Below are positions 37,488-51,916 of a stretch of 57,059 nt of DNA, piece by piece. This DNA comes from Octopus bimaculoides (Eukaryota). The stretch lies in NCBI RefSeq assembly GCF_001194135.2, contig NC_068981.1:177582263-177639321 (forward strand), written 5' to 3'. The notes under the pieces were generated by a model. It saw only the letters and a program-made list of their open reading frames with translations, was not told the DNA's origin and ran no database searches. A program made the position numbers and the translations under genes. Position 1 is the stretch's first letter, and each line of letters begins with the position of its first letter.

Positions 37488-37535
37488 AGCTGTCTGAAAC
37501 ACGACTATGTTTTCCATACAGATGTCAAATTTACA
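37488..37535 (+). other. exon-like 48-nt segment
   Basis: caattctttcttttcag acceptor and ACA|gtaagt consensus donor. Open frames are SCLKHDYVFHTDVKFT or LSETRLCFPYRCQIY. Confidence 0.35.
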
Positions 37536-37849
37536 GTAAGTACTTCAAGCTGACATCAACTGCATTGACTTCACCAGTGAAGGAGAATCTACAAAGCATA
37601 ATATCAACAATGACCAGGAAAAAATAAATAAATAGAAAATAATTATAATTATTAAGATTCTCCTCAGACTAAATAAAAGAAAGGTCTCAATGTTTCTTTT
37701 GATTAAACCCAAAATACCCTGATAGTACAAAATGTACATTTACACTGAACATCAACAGAAATGGAAGATGTATATGACTGTGAAATATGTTTTAATTTCA
37801 TTATGTCAGAGATAAATTTTGATAAATCTGATAAAGTCAATTTCTTGGA

Positions 37850-38510
37850 TGCATTTTGACTACAGTCTATGGGTCATTGTCATGTGTTCCAGTAGTGGGC
37901 AGATCCAGCACATTGAGATTGTAGGGCATGACATGTTCAATACTGTGTATGCTCTCCCTAGGTGTTCAAAACGGCCATACACCATCGATACATGGAGTGC
38001 ATGAGGCGGTTCACAAAAGCCATTGGTACCTGTGCCCACACCCTGAGGAAAGCTGCCTCCAGTTCCACACGAGTTGTCAGCCTTGGGACCATCTGTTTCA
38101 ACCATCTCTGGATTTCATCTCACAGGTGTTCAATTGGGTTCAAATCCAGGCTGAGAGCCAGCCACAGCATGGTTCTGATGTTGTACTAATGCAGGAAGTC
38201 CATGGTGATCCTGGCTGTGTGGGAGGGAGCATTGTCCTGCTGGAACATGTGACTATGGTGATGCATGAAGAAGGGCATGATGTGAGGTCTTAGGGTCTGG
38301 TCAAATTAGCGCTGCGCTGTGACTGCCATTTCCTTTGTCCGCACCAACATTTTGGAACACATGGCACCCAATTCTTTAATTTAGGCCTGTAGCACCCCAA
38401 GCCATGATGCTTTGGCCACCTCATGCGTCTCTCTCCATGACACATTTGTCTCTGTAGCATTTGCCCCTCCTACGGCACACTCTCACTCTGCCATCCAAGG
38501 TGGAAATGCA
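37850..38510 (-). mobile_element. Tc1-family DD(34)E transposase C-terminal remnant
   Basis: FQQDNAPPHTAR and W.ALSLDLNPIEHL.DEI...LTTRVELEAAFLRVW...SMYRWCMAV motifs. Confidence 0.9.
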
Positions 38511-38999
38511 GTACTGTCTTGCTCAAGAACACAACACATACCCCAGTTCAGGAATCGAACTTGATACTTCATGATAGTGAGCCTGATGCTCTAGCCACTA
38601 GGCTATGCACCTTTCTAGGAGTAATGCTATCATTTTATGATTGATAAATATGGCATATTTGCTGATATTCACTCAAATTAAATAGTTGTTTGTTCAGTAT
38701 TTTGTTCCTTTCACTTCTTGTATATTATAGTTCTCCATCAGACTAGTTTACTTGGTCAATTACTCTCCATTGTTTAGTGTGAGTGCATTGAAATCGTTTT
38801 ATATAAAACATCACTATGGAACTAATTTTTGCAAATCATCAGAACAAATCTGTAAGTACAGCTACCACTATTATGTGTGGTTCTTTGAGATTCATATAAG
38901 TTTTTTCTTTTGTAGAGTTCAAACTAGTCACTAATAAAGTAACAAGTTTCTTTTGTTTGAGACAAGACAGTTCTTGGGATTTGTGAATAAGTAAGTTAA

Positions 39000-39215
39000 C
39001 CCCTTAGCATTCAGATTACTCTGTCAAATGTAATGCTTATTTATTCACATTGATTTGAATTAGTCATACATTGTCTTGTAGCTTTGAGATTTCAGTAACA
39101 TGATTGTTTACTCTGAGAATGGTGTTGTAAGGTAAATGGGAGAAGCTGTATCTGACGATTTTAAACATAAAACAGCATATTTTGGCTGGATATGGTGGGT
39201 TTAAATGCTAAAGGG
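39000..39215. mobile_element. piggyBac-like MITE
   Basis: TTAA precedes ccc(t)tagcatt, and the right end is aatgctaaaggg. The right-hand TTAA is not intact. Confidence 0.65.
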
Positions 39216-39539
39216 TGTAGATAAACTTGCACTTGTGTAATGAGTATGCATATCTCTTCAGTATACAAGTATGTATGTCTTTTATTCCTCATGTATGTGT
39301 ATATGTGCCATATATGCTCATATGATTGTGTTCAATTCAGTAAACTCAAATACAGAATCTTTGGAATATTTTACAAATCTTCACAGTTAGATTTGAAGGA
39401 TGCAACTCAGTTTGCTTTGTTTCTTCATTGAAAAATGCAGCCTTTCTTGAGCTTTTATGCAAATCTGTTGTTACATAGCCCAGTGCACTTGTGACAATAA
39501 GTACAGATAAAGATTTATAGCCCAGACACAAGAGACATT

Positions 39540-39818
39540 CATGCAAGATTGTTCGTCGCCTTCCTGGCACGTGAAAAGACATTTGAGCAAGATCATTGCC
39601 AGTGCCGATGGACTGGCTCCTGTGCAGGTGGCATGTAAAACACACCATTTCGAGCGTGGCCGTCGCCAGTTCCGCCTGACTGGCCCTCGTGCTGGTGGCA
39701 CGTAAAACACCCACTACACTCTTGGAGCCTGGTGTCGCCTCCTGGTCCACCAGTCCTCAGTCAAATCGTCCAACCCATGCTAGCATGGAAGGCGGACTTT
39801 AAATGATGATGATGATGA
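39540..39818 (+). mobile_element. RTE-derived tail repeat with internal deletion
   Basis: Two 65-bp units. The segment from gtggttggcg to cagattg is missing at about 39726. (GAT)n tail present. Confidence 0.85.
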
Positions 39819-40640
<822 letters not shown>

Positions 40641-41231
40641 AGAGACTGACATTCTTATTTGTACAAGTATTTGTCACTACAAACTTTGATGTGTTGGTAC
40701 TTTTTGTAACCCATTTTTTCTGCATACATTAAGACTTAAACTTCTTGGATCCACAAACAGATGCTGTGAGTTTCCTCTTATGAGGACACATCAGAGGTGT
40801 TATCTTTTGGTTGCCTACACATATGCATCCTCAAATGAAGTGCTGGTGATGTTTAGGAAGTGTAGTCTTAGTCTTGGCACACAAGTATATTACTTTCTCA
40901 TCATTAGGTCCCATGACAGGGAGGCATATTTTAAAAGAGGAAGGGTGTATGAAAGGTGGTCACATGTGTTAATGAGTCGAGAGCTGTCATATACGTATGC
41001 ATATATTTGCAGAGGTATAGCAAGAGGGTCAAATGTGGGCAGATGCATTAAAACACATATGTGAAGAGTATAAAGTTTCCTGTTATCATGCCATTTAATT
41101 GAAGTGGAAGGTGTCAAAAGTATCCTTGCATCTGAGTGCTGAGAACTTTTATGATGTGGGCAAGTATGGATATTATTGCATGAGTAGATTTTGATTTAGG
41201 TATGTGTATACATTTTTATGTCTTCAGGCAA

Positions 41232-41719
41232 GTGAAATCGAAATTGAAATTGAGCCATATTCAATGACTGGCATCTGCACCAGTGGAGCACTAACAGCAC
41301 TGTCCGAGCGTGTTCATTGCCAGAGCAGCTGTCTGGCTTCCATGCTAGTGGCCCGTAAATAGCACCATTTGAGCGTAATCGTTACCAGTGTAGCCTTCTA
41401 GCACTTGTGCTGGTGGCATGTTAGGAAATCATTTGAGCGAGGTCATTGCCAGTGCCGCTGGACTGGCTCCCGTGCAGGTGGCACGTAAAAAACACCTTTG
41501 AGCAAGGCCGTTGCCAGTACAGTGTGACTGGCCCTCATGCCGGTGGCACGTAAAAGCACCCACTACACTCTTGGAGTGATTGGCGTTAGGAAGGGCATCC
41601 AGCTGTAGAAATTCTGCCAGATCAGATTGGTGCCTGGTGCAGCCTTCTGGCTTGCCAGTCCTCAGTCAAATCGTCCAACCCATGCTAGCATGGAAGGCGG
41701 ATGTTAAACGATGATGATG
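41232..41719 (+). mobile_element. RTE-derived tail repeat with four internal units
   Basis: Closely matches 4540-5051. Confidence 0.9.
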
Positions 41720-41769
41720 TGTGTATATATACTTACATGCTAAACTTCTGGAATGTTTTACATAATTTC

Positions 41770-42645
41770 ACAAATGTAATAATAATTTTTTAGTTATTGG
41801 TTTTGTGAAATCCAGCTTCTCATGATTGATGTATATTTAAATGCCCCAATAATTACAGGTATAAAGTGGACACTATAACCTGGGTGGAGTAACCACTGAT
41901 TTCTCATTAGTTTACCAAAGATGCTTCCATTCCATCCTGATCTTTAACATTATATCAATATCTGCTGAGCCACTAATTTCTTTCCCTTGTTCAAAATCAT
42001 TATGTCTGATATATTATGCTTGCATTTTACTTAGGTCATGTCAGGAACATTTTGCCAGTATTCTTTCATGTTATGAGTGATTATGCCTTCCACGTCTCAA
42101 TGGCTTCTTATATCTTTCTCCTTGGGACCATCCATTCTATGGATTGCATCGTATGATGTTCTGGCAATGACATCATGTCTTATATGTTGATAATACAGTG
42201 ATGACATTTGCAGACAATTTACGATGTGGGTGATATGTTAATTCCTCAAGGTCTGCAACATCTCATTGGTTTACCTGCATCCCTATCCTTTTTTTGCAGA
42301 AGGTATTTCGTTGTTATTTCTTGTTCTTGCATAAATAATGTTGTGATGACATTTTTGGATAACTTCTTATAATGTGGGTGACATCCTCAGAGTTTGCATT
42401 GGTTGTCAAATCTAGGTGGCTTACCTGCATGCTTATTTCTTTTGAATGCCAGGTATTTTGTTGTTATTTCTTGTCCTGTATTAAAAAAGTCTATTCTTCA
42501 AAGTGAAAACCAATATCCCAGCTGTCGGTCCATGATAGAATACTTTGGTTATCTATGTTGTTGTCACTTTGAAGCTTTTTGGCAACATAGCCATGAATGA
42601 CCTTCTGTTGATGTGCATGTAGCTTTTTCTCTGGTAATCTGTTGC
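41770..42645 (-). mobile_element. R2/NeSL/R4-type (restriction-like endonuclease) non-LTR retrotransposon remnant
   Basis: Fragments QEQEITTKYL..KR..AGK, EDVTHII, RHDVIARTSYDAIHR, KEYWQNVP and KCKHNISDIMI resemble the zinc-knuckle, RHD and PD-(D/E)xK regions. Confidence 0.75.
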
Positions 42646-43039
42646 AGGAGTAAGTGTGTATACATGTACTAATGTGTATGTGTATACACACACACACACA
42701 CACATGAGCACTTACATTCATTCACTAAGTATGTATCCATCCATTCTTACTTTACCTGTAGATTGTTCCAAGTGTGAAATTCAGAGCAATATGTTGCATC
42801 AAATTTCTAAACTTGCTATGTATATAAATATATTTCAGCATGCAGTGACAGTCTAATTGTGACACACTTGTTCTTTTCACTCTTTATTTTTCTCTGTTTT
42901 CATTTATCCTTTTTGTAGAAGAGCATAGGCTTGAAATGTTAAAGACTTCTTCCAATTTTCCTGAGTGTCAAACTAATACACTCTGTTCTCCTACCACATT
43001 TTTATGTGTTTTTTAAATTGTGTACTATCTTGCAAGTTA

Positions 43040-43337
43040 ATTAGTGACCCTGCCACTGCTGGTGCCATGTAAAAAGTACTCAGTCCACTCTGTGGAGTGG
43101 TTGGTGTTAGGAAGGGCATCCAGCTGTAAAAACCATCCCAAAATAGACAGCAAAGCATGGTAGTCTTCTGCCTGACCAGCTCCTGTCAAATCATCCAACC
43201 CATGCGAGCATCATCATGATGATGCTATCCATTAGTTGTCAATAAATTGGGAAAAAAGCATACTCAATATAATAACAAAGTGGTTATATTTTATATATTG
43301 TCAAGCAATATATATTACTAGTTATGGCATATAATTG

Positions 43338-43378
<41 letters not shown>

Positions 43379-43514
43379 TTGGCGTTAGGAAGGGCATCCA
43401 GCTGTAGAAACTCTGCCAAATCAGATTGGAGCCTGGTGTAGCCATCTGGTTTCACCAGTCCTCAGCCAAATCGTCCAACCCTAGCATGGAAAGCGGACGT
43501 TAAACGATGATGAT
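43040..43514 (+). mobile_element. two short RTE tail fragments (43040-43225 diverged; 43376-43514 young)
   Basis: Both contain ggttgg(c/t)gttaggaagggcatccagctgta and end in catg...gatgatg. Confidence 0.85.
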
Positions 43515-44106
43515 GTTACTGTGGTTTCCTGCATGAATTCAAAGTATACCTGATATATGAATACAAGCAACAATCCAATTTTAATATAAGTCTTTAATTT
43601 TTACGCGAAAGGCAGCAGGAAGAGTAATATTCATGGTATATATATACCCTACCTCAGTTTATGGTTTTGATTTTTAACATTGGTTGGTGTGGTTTAAGCA
43701 CCAAGAGTTGCCCTCACACTCCTACCCATTTGGTTATTGGCATGAAACCATGGTAGGGAGTTAACGGTATCTTATTCAAATATCAATATGTATACTCACA
43801 TATGTACATCAATTTATTTGTTACTCTGTATATATGTGCATATGCATGCTCACATTCACATACGCTATCCCTATGTGTATACATACCCAATGCAAAAAAA
43901 AAAAAGAAAAGCAAAAACAAAAAGAAAATTCATTAACAGACTTCAGGAACTTGTGGCAGTTATCCAGCATAGTCATAGTTTAAATTTACTAAAGATTGAG
44001 AAGTATTTATATTTTATGTTGATTTGTTTCTTTTCATTGAAAGAGCTTATACACTTTCTCTCTCTCTCTCACTCTCTGTATGTATGTATGTGTGTATATA
44101 TATATA

Positions 44107-44158
<52 letters not shown>

Positions 44159-46109
44159 TATGTGTGTGTGTATGTATATGTATATATATGACGTGGGGTT
44201 GAGAGAGAGAAAGAGAGAGGTTCATTTCACACCTAAGGGTTTTATGGACTTAAGTCTCCATGGTTATCTAGCATTTACATATCTGAGTCCAATAGGATTA
44301 TTTCTTAATGAGATTTAAACCCATAAAGTATTTTGCTATCAATTAGATTGGTATTCCTAATTAGCCGAAAAGAAAAGAATTACAGAAGCATACAATGAAG
44401 AGGAGAGAAAGAGAGAACTTTTTTTGTGAGTTCATATTTCTGCAGCATCTGCAGAGTGGCAGACAAAAGACATTGAGGTATTTAGTTGTATCTCCTAATG
44501 GTCTCAGTTCAAATACCACTGAAGTTGATTTTATTTTCTTCTTCCTAGGTCTGAAACACAAGTACTAAAACCAATTTAATCAACTGAAACTCCACCCATC
44601 AAAATATAAGAATTATCATTTAACATATTTTTTTCTTTCTTTCTAACACACTGTTTTCAAGTTGGTATGACACAAAGCAACATTCAATACACATCTATAT
44701 CATACTTGATTTTTATATGCATAATAAGAACAAAAGTGTATATAAGTGTATTAGTCCAGAAAAAATTATTGGCTTTTTTCATGTGTTTCTATAAGTATGA
44801 AAGAACAAAAAAAAAAGAAGAAGAAAACAAAAAAACCCTGGCAATTTGACAAAACAAGAAAGAGTTTGCTGTCTATCATGACAGTGGAACAAAACGGAAT
44901 AACAATCAACCAGCTTAATAATTTGTTTTGTTTTGGTACAATACATTTTAAAAGGAAAGCATGTATAGAATTGCTTCAATCCCAGTAAGATAACAATATG
45001 GCTGAAGGAAAATATTTCCTTATTGGAGCGTTCTGCATACAAATGCTATAAGATCTTACATATAAAATGTAGTGAACTGAGAACGTCCATTTACTGAAAT
45101 TATCAATACAGTTAGTACAATTAGTAGACAAAAATTCCTCTAAGTGTCTTTAAACCATATGAAAAATAATCAAGGGAAATTATTCCAATATGATCAGCCA
45201 ACTGAAATTTTTGAACAAAATATAAATGCAGATTTGAGTGGATCTTGCTTGTAAGCCAGCTGCTAAAAGTAACAGACAAGTTTCAGTCTTATTAGACCTC
45301 CTCAGAAAAGCAATATTCTACTCAGATTTGGAGTGACCAGTATATGTATAGGAATATAGGAAATGTAGTGACACATACAACGAAAGTCAATAGTATGGCT
45401 AAAGGAAACTACCTCAGATGAGCATTCTGAATACTAAGTAAGATATAACATTATCTATGCAATTAGGAGACACAAACTCTCTCTAAGATTTTAAAATCTA
45501 AGCACAACAAAGGAGATAATTGGAATAAGACTATTAATTTAAATTTTTGGGTACGTTAAACTTGTGGAAGTGAATTGTTTAAAGTGAACTGTTTTAACCT
45601 GGCATGTTAAAACATTTGATTTCTTTAATAATCCTTTTAGTGAAGTGTCACATATCATCATCATTATTTAACATCCATTTTCCATACTAGCATGGGTTGG
45701 ACGGTTTGACAGGAGCTGGTACAACAGAAACAGGAAGAAAGAGTGAGAGAAAGCTGTAGTGAAAGAGTACAGCAGGGTTAGGGTTCATCTAAAAGTGAAG
45801 TTCTTTCTAGTAGTATGTTAACTATTTCAGAAGTAGCAACTGAGGTACAATGTTCCAATGAACTATAAACTATACCTAGTAATGGAAACCACTGAGAAGT
45901 GTAATTGTTTTCATCTTATATAAAATATATGTACAGTTTTCATATTACAATAAATACATGTTCATTGGTTATATTTATATTTATATAGTTATATTTATAT
46001 GGAATTAGGGATGTCCCTGTTGTCACTTCTGGTTTCTGTTGCAATTGACTGGCAAACTGGCTGAATTGTTAGTATGCTGGGCAAAATGTTTAGCAATACT
46101 TTATCCATT

Positions 46110-46575
46110 TTTACTCTTTTACTTGTTTCAGTCATGTGACTGTGGCCATGCTGGAGCACCGCCTTTAGTCGAGCAAATCGACCTCAGGACTTATTTTTTG
46201 TAAGCCTGGTACTTATTCTATTGGTCTCTTTTGCCGAACCGCTACGTTACAGGGACATAAATACACCAGCATCGGTTGTCAAACAATGTTGGGGGGACAA
46301 ACACAGACAAACATATACACACACATACATATATATATATACATATATACAACAGGCTTCTTTCAGTTTACGTCTACCAAATCCACTCANNNNNNNNNNA
46401 TATATATACATATATACAACAGGCTTCTTTCAGTTTACGTCTACCAAATCCACTCACAAGGCTTTGGTCGGCCCGAGGCTATAGTAGGAGACACTTGCCC
46501 AAGGTGCCACACAGTGGGAATGAACCCGGAAACATATGGTTCGTAAGCAAGCTACTTACCACACAACCACTCCTA
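46110..46575 (-). mobile_element. SINE family B (with a small gap and artefactual overlap)
   Basis: Matches 30403-30832. A Deu/Nin-like SINE follows at about 46590-46750 (+). Confidence 0.9.
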
Positions 46576-47774
46576 TACCTGTATACTTTATCCATTTTTA
46601 CAATCTGAGTTTAAATTCCTCTGAAGTTCACTTTGCCTTTCATCCAATTGGAGTCAATAAAATAAGTACCAGTTGAACACTGGGGTTGATGTAATCAACA
46701 AGCCCCCTCCCCACAAATTTCAGGCCTTGTGCCTATAGCAAAAAGGATTATTTTTAGGATAATTTATTTCACCTTTTTATGCCTGTACACTACATATTAA
46801 TTGATTATCCATGCAATTAGTAGACAAAACCCCATGTAGGGATGTTTAAAATTAAAAAAAAGAGAAAAGCCATCAAGCAAGCGAGATCAATTCAATAAAA
46901 TCAATTAGTTAAAATAACTGCTACTTATTTATTATAAAAATAAAAGGTAAAATCTGAATTCAGAGCAATAAAGAGTTGAAATCAATACAATATTAATTTA
47001 CTGCAGCAGTTTGTGCCAAATTAATGATAATAATTTTTAACACTGGCGTAAGGTCACATATTTTGGGATAAGGGTTTGTAGCAGTGATTTGAAACCAGAC
47101 TGCTAGGTAGCCCGTCAGACATCACGATCAAACTACAGTAGTTTCACATGATCAGTTTATTAAGCAACCAATCAGCATCGCGTAATTCAATCTTCTACAA
47201 TCTTGTCCCTGTGTCCTATAAAAAAGTAATTTTTGGCAGTAATTGTAGAAGGTTGAGGCAGTTGTGCATTGTGTCTCCATTCTTGCTGCATCTAACCAGT
47301 TAAGACACGGTTGATATTAGACCGGAGTTTTCATTGCTACCAATGTTGTTGGCACTCCGTCACTTACGACGTCGAGGGTTCCAGTTGATCTGATCAACAG
47401 AACAGCCTGCTCGTGAAATTATCGTGCAAATGGCTGAGCACTCCACAGATACGTGTACCCTTGACATTTATAACAAGTCTGACGTTCATAGCTACCAGTT
47501 TTTTGTTGAGCTGCTAAGTAATGGGTACGTAAATAAGCCAACACCAGCTCTCAGATGTTGAACGAACACAAAAAATCCCAGTCTGTTCAATTTAGTCAAA
47601 TGCTTTTCTTCAGTTCTGAGCTAGACAGACACTGTGTGGAAGCCAGTCGCATGTATATATATACATATATATATATGGGAGAATGTACGAAAAAAAACAA
47701 CAGACGAGGACAGGTGGTGTAAAACACACACATTTATAATATATATATATATATATTATAAATGTGTGTGTTTT

Positions 47775-47962
47775 TGTCATCAGTATTTGTCCCCCACACC
47801 GCTGGCAACTTGCGTTGGTTCGTTTGCAATCCTGTAATTTAGCGATTCGACGATACGGACCGATATACGTACTGGAGACGATTTGTTCGACTAAAACGCT
47901 TCAGAGTGGTGCCCCAACATGGCCGCAGACCCATGACTGAAAGAAATAAAAGAGAAAAGATA
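47775..47962 (+). mobile_element. 3' half of SINE family B, diverged
   Basis: ttgtcccccacaccgctggcaac...gtggtgccccaacatggccgcag...gactgaaag. Confidence 0.7.
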
Positions 47963-48839
47963 NNNNNNNNNNGCGATCCTATGACCGCGAGTCCGCTGCC
48001 CTAACCACTGGGCCATTGCTACCAATATAGGGCAATTATTTTCCAGTTGTGATGGGCCAACCTCAGATTGTTTGTATCAGTAAGCTTGTAAACTCCAAGC
48101 AGTATATCTCTCCTGGTAAGTAATTATTGCTGTTATTATAAGTAAAAGACCAACACAATTAAAGCTCTATGTGCAATAATAAAATCTGTTAATTGCTCAC
48201 ACAGCTTGAGAAATATATTTTCATTCAGCAACTCAACCAGTCATCACCTCAGTCCAGCCAACAAATTAAAAACCACGACAAGTATAAGTGATTTAATCGA
48301 CTTCAAGCACTGCTATTTATTTTATCGCCATTGGAATGATGAAAGTCATAGTCGACCTTTGCGGGAATTGAACTTAGAATAGGGCTGCTAATAATACAAG
48401 GCATTTTGTCATGCGTTCTACCAATCCTCTGGCATGGAACCTGATATTTTTATTGATTTATTCATTCATGAAGGGAGGGTTATATAGTAATCTGTTACGG
48501 TCAATCTTTTCAAATTGCAAAAAGTAAAATACATTTGCTCGAACTACGTCGCCCGCAAATTCTACCCTTACGCTGATTAGAAACAGGATTTCGAGAAGTT
48601 CATGGTTCTTATTAGCCCATGGTCAACCTGTGGCAGATCTACGGCCAATCCTCCTAAGAGTATTTACTAAGAATCTAAAGCAGGTTGTGACCTCGGCTGC
48701 TTGAGAGATCTTTTTAATATCTTGTTCGCATCAAAACGATCGCTTCAAAGTATTCCTATGGATTTGACTCAGGGTCAACTCGTTAACTCAGTATATTACA
48801 AGTACATATTTCGTCAACTCAAAAGAGACGTATCATTGG

Positions 48840-49040
48840 AGTGGACGTATGCATGAACGCTCGACCTGTTAGAAATAACAGCCAAATCTCATTGAAATTA
48901 TACATTACCACCTTAAAGAATATACTGGGCAGTGTAGCCCACGATAAACAGCAAAAAAAGGATGGTCACGGCTGGAACGCCTTTGATAACAGATCTGCTC
49001 GATTAGGGTTGACCTGGGGCTGAACAATAACAACAACACA
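48840..49040 (+). mobile_element. (CAA)n-tailed SINE-like repeat
   Basis: Matches the reverse complement of 17620-17815 and ends in ctggggctgaacaataacaacaac. Confidence 0.65.
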
Positions 49041-49264
49041 GAAGGGCTGAAAGCTATTGAAAAGCCAAGGTATCGATGACAACAACAATGACGATGGTGG
49101 TGGTGGTGAGGAAGATATTCTGTGTACTAGGAAATAGCATAAACCTATGGAGAAATAAATAATAATGAGGAGTTCCCAGTTGGAATGAAATATTGCTCGG
49201 GTAGTGGTGGTTGGGGAAATGATGTAGTCATCATCAGGTATCGGCTGTCATTAGATGTGCTCAC

Positions 49265-49293
49265 ATAGTTTGTAACAAGATAGACGAATCCAT
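49265..49293 (-). CDS. candidate first coding exon (MDSSILLQT..., phase 2)
   Basis: GCCATGG Kozak context and AT|gtgagc donor, in CpG-retaining unique DNA. No homology support. Confidence 0.3.
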
Positions 49294-49899
49294 GGCATCC
49301 AACAAGCCGCTTGTATCATCACAACCGCTGTCGACAGCAGCAACAAAAACAATAACAAACAGTAGCAGCGAACAACAATAACAACAACAGTAACAGTAGT
49401 ACAACAACACTCCTCCACTCCACTATTTTCAACCCGCATTTCACCTCCCACTGCATGCCTAGCTACCTACTTTCTTTTTGGCTCCACCCACTCACTTACA
49501 TAACTAAAATCAGTTAGCGCCAATTATTATTATTATTATTACCATCATTATCATCATCATCATCAATATTATTATTGTTATTTCACTTTTCTTCCTGTTG
49601 TGTTTCTGTAACACTCCGTGTTTTCTCCTTCCCCTTTTCCACTACTGTCAAATACTTCCCCAAACCCACTTCCTCCTACCTGCCCTCCCAGTATCTAGCT
49701 CTATTACTCCTCCCATCCCACTCTCTATCTCCCCTTCAAACCCCTTCTCTATCAATCACATAACACGGATACTAAAATGTACATTACATATACACGCGCA
49801 CCGGTTATCACAACCGGTATCCAACTTCGCCTCTATAGCAATATTGATTAAGTTCGCCTTTTTATTTATTTATTAATATTAGTTGTATTAGTAGCAGCA

Positions 49900-51000
49900 G
49901 CAACAATAACAACGACAACAACAGTAGCAGCAGCAGTATGTTTTCTTCTTTTTCTGTCAATCTGTCTGTTTAAATCTTTTACTTCGAAGGATTCCAGCCA
50001 TTAAATACTGGGAAGAGAAAGATCAGTAGGAGAGGAGAAAGGGCGGAGGGAAGAGAAGAGTTGCAGGAATAAGAGAGAACTAGAGTAGTAGGAAGGGGAG
50101 AAGACTAGCTGGTGTGTGTGGTTGAGATGGTGGTGGTGGCGGTGATGTTGTTTTTGCTGGTGGTGATGGTGGCAAGAGGTAGAGACGGGGAGAGGGGGTT
50201 GAAATATGCGAAAAATATAGAGTAAATGGGAGGAAAGAAAGGAAGAAAGAAAAGATGTATGATGAAAGGGAAGTTGGTGGAGGAAGGGAGAGTAAGAAAG
50301 GTAGTGGTAGAGAACAAGACAAAGAGAAGGGAGAAGAAAGATAATGTTGGTGAGAAAAGAAGAGAGTGTGTTCTGTCAAAACAGTGCTTTTGTGGTCTAA
50401 AACTGAGACACTTAAGACACTATACTACTGCGTAGGATGCTTTGCCATGACGTCAAATAAATATCGCTCCCTCATCATTTTGACTCTCTCTCTTTTTGCC
50501 TCTCTCATTTAGTTTATCTCTCTTTCATTCTGTGGTCCTTCCTACACTTTTCCCATATCTCCCGTTTTACCTCTCCGTTCACTTTGTTTTTCTACCTCTT
50601 TCATTTCACTTTACCTCCCCTATCATTCTTCTGCTATCATTATGTTTTGTTTTCGTGGTGGTCGTGATGGTGACGGCGGAAATGTTATATCTTTCCAACG
50701 CTCTCATTCACAATCTCCATCTCTTAATTTGTCTTTTCTCTTGTTTTTCTCCCTCCTCTGTCTATCGCTTTTAAACGCTCATTCAATGATCTCTTCCTGT
50801 TATCTTTTACCTTATCCTTCCTCTTTTTCTCTTTCTTTCTCTCTTTCTCCCATCTTTTCTCTCAATACTTCTCTTTAAATTTCTGTTTCCTTTCAACTTT
50901 TCTTTCACTCTCCATTTTCCCCACTCACTCAATCTCTTCTTCTCTCTTTTGTTTGCTTCCTTCTTCCTCTCTCAGTTTTCTGTTACTACCACTGTATCTC
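49900..51000. repeat. low-complexity GA-rich then CT-rich tracts with (CAG/CAA/GGT)n
   Basis: Directly visible composition bias. Confidence 0.85.
50448..50455. promoter_or_regulatory. CRE-like palindrome TGACGTCA in a possible promoter region
   Basis: Exact consensus. It lies in the CpG-retaining region, upstream of the candidate start exon. An 8-mer can occur by chance. Confidence 0.2.
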
Positions 51001-51840
51001 TTTCTCTTTTCGCATATTGCTTCCTCTTCAACACAGAATGTCCTGAAGACAGCTATGAAAGGAAAAACAGAGCTCTAGTTCGTTTCAGAGAAATGAACGC
51101 GGTAGAGGGAACGATAAGAGACAATAGAGGTGGAAGTGGAATTTTTTTATTTCCAATATCTCTAAAAGATGATTATTGGAAAAATATAAATTTGTCCGTT
51201 GTTTAAGTTTGAATAATTATATTTAACTAACAGTAACAGCAATGCGAGCGCCTTGACTCAATACAAGCGGTGGGGGGTGGGGTGGAGGTTTCAATGATTG
51301 TTGATTTTGTTATTTTCGTTGTTGTTGATACTGCCGCTGTTGTTGTTCTTCTTCTTGATGATGGTGATGCTTCTCTCCATCTTTTGGCGACTGCTTTGTA
51401 ACCTATTTGTTGTTGGGCGAAATAGCTAATTTTCTCCATCATTGCCTATATTTCAACATAAACACAGTACCTCCTCCTCCTCCTACTCCTTACCGGTTAT
51501 AAACATACGCACAGATACAGATGATACACACATACACATACATATAGATATACATACGAGAAAAATGATATCTGTGTGTGTGTGAACAAACATGTATTTA
51601 CACAAACAGATACATTGATGCATATGTGTAGTAGGTGTAGCAGTAGTAAGCACACCGTATTATTCCTACCTTGATTACGGCTGTCGGCTTATACGTTATA
51701 GTCTGAAAGTCGATTGCTAATTGTTCTTCTGCCGTATATCATGTGTTCATCTACTTTAAAGATTACATATTGTTCAATTATTTATCTCTATATATCTATT
51801 CATCTATCATTCCACCTATTTTCTTACATACCTATTTATC

Positions 51841-51916
<76 letters not shown>

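Noticed and set aside
40700-41200. Possible Helitron-like relic (RLHFLNITSTSFED)
   Set aside because: A single short motif with stops; not enough to support a call.
46330-46456. Direct duplication of ~55 bp on either side of a short N gap
   Set aside because: This is typical of an unmerged contig overlap inside a SINE, so it is an assembly artefact.
50949-51206. ORF and acceptor-like CAG after a long CT tract (ECPEDSYERKNRALVRF...)
   Set aside because: The tract is low-complexity sequence, there is no convincing donor, and no product is recognisable.
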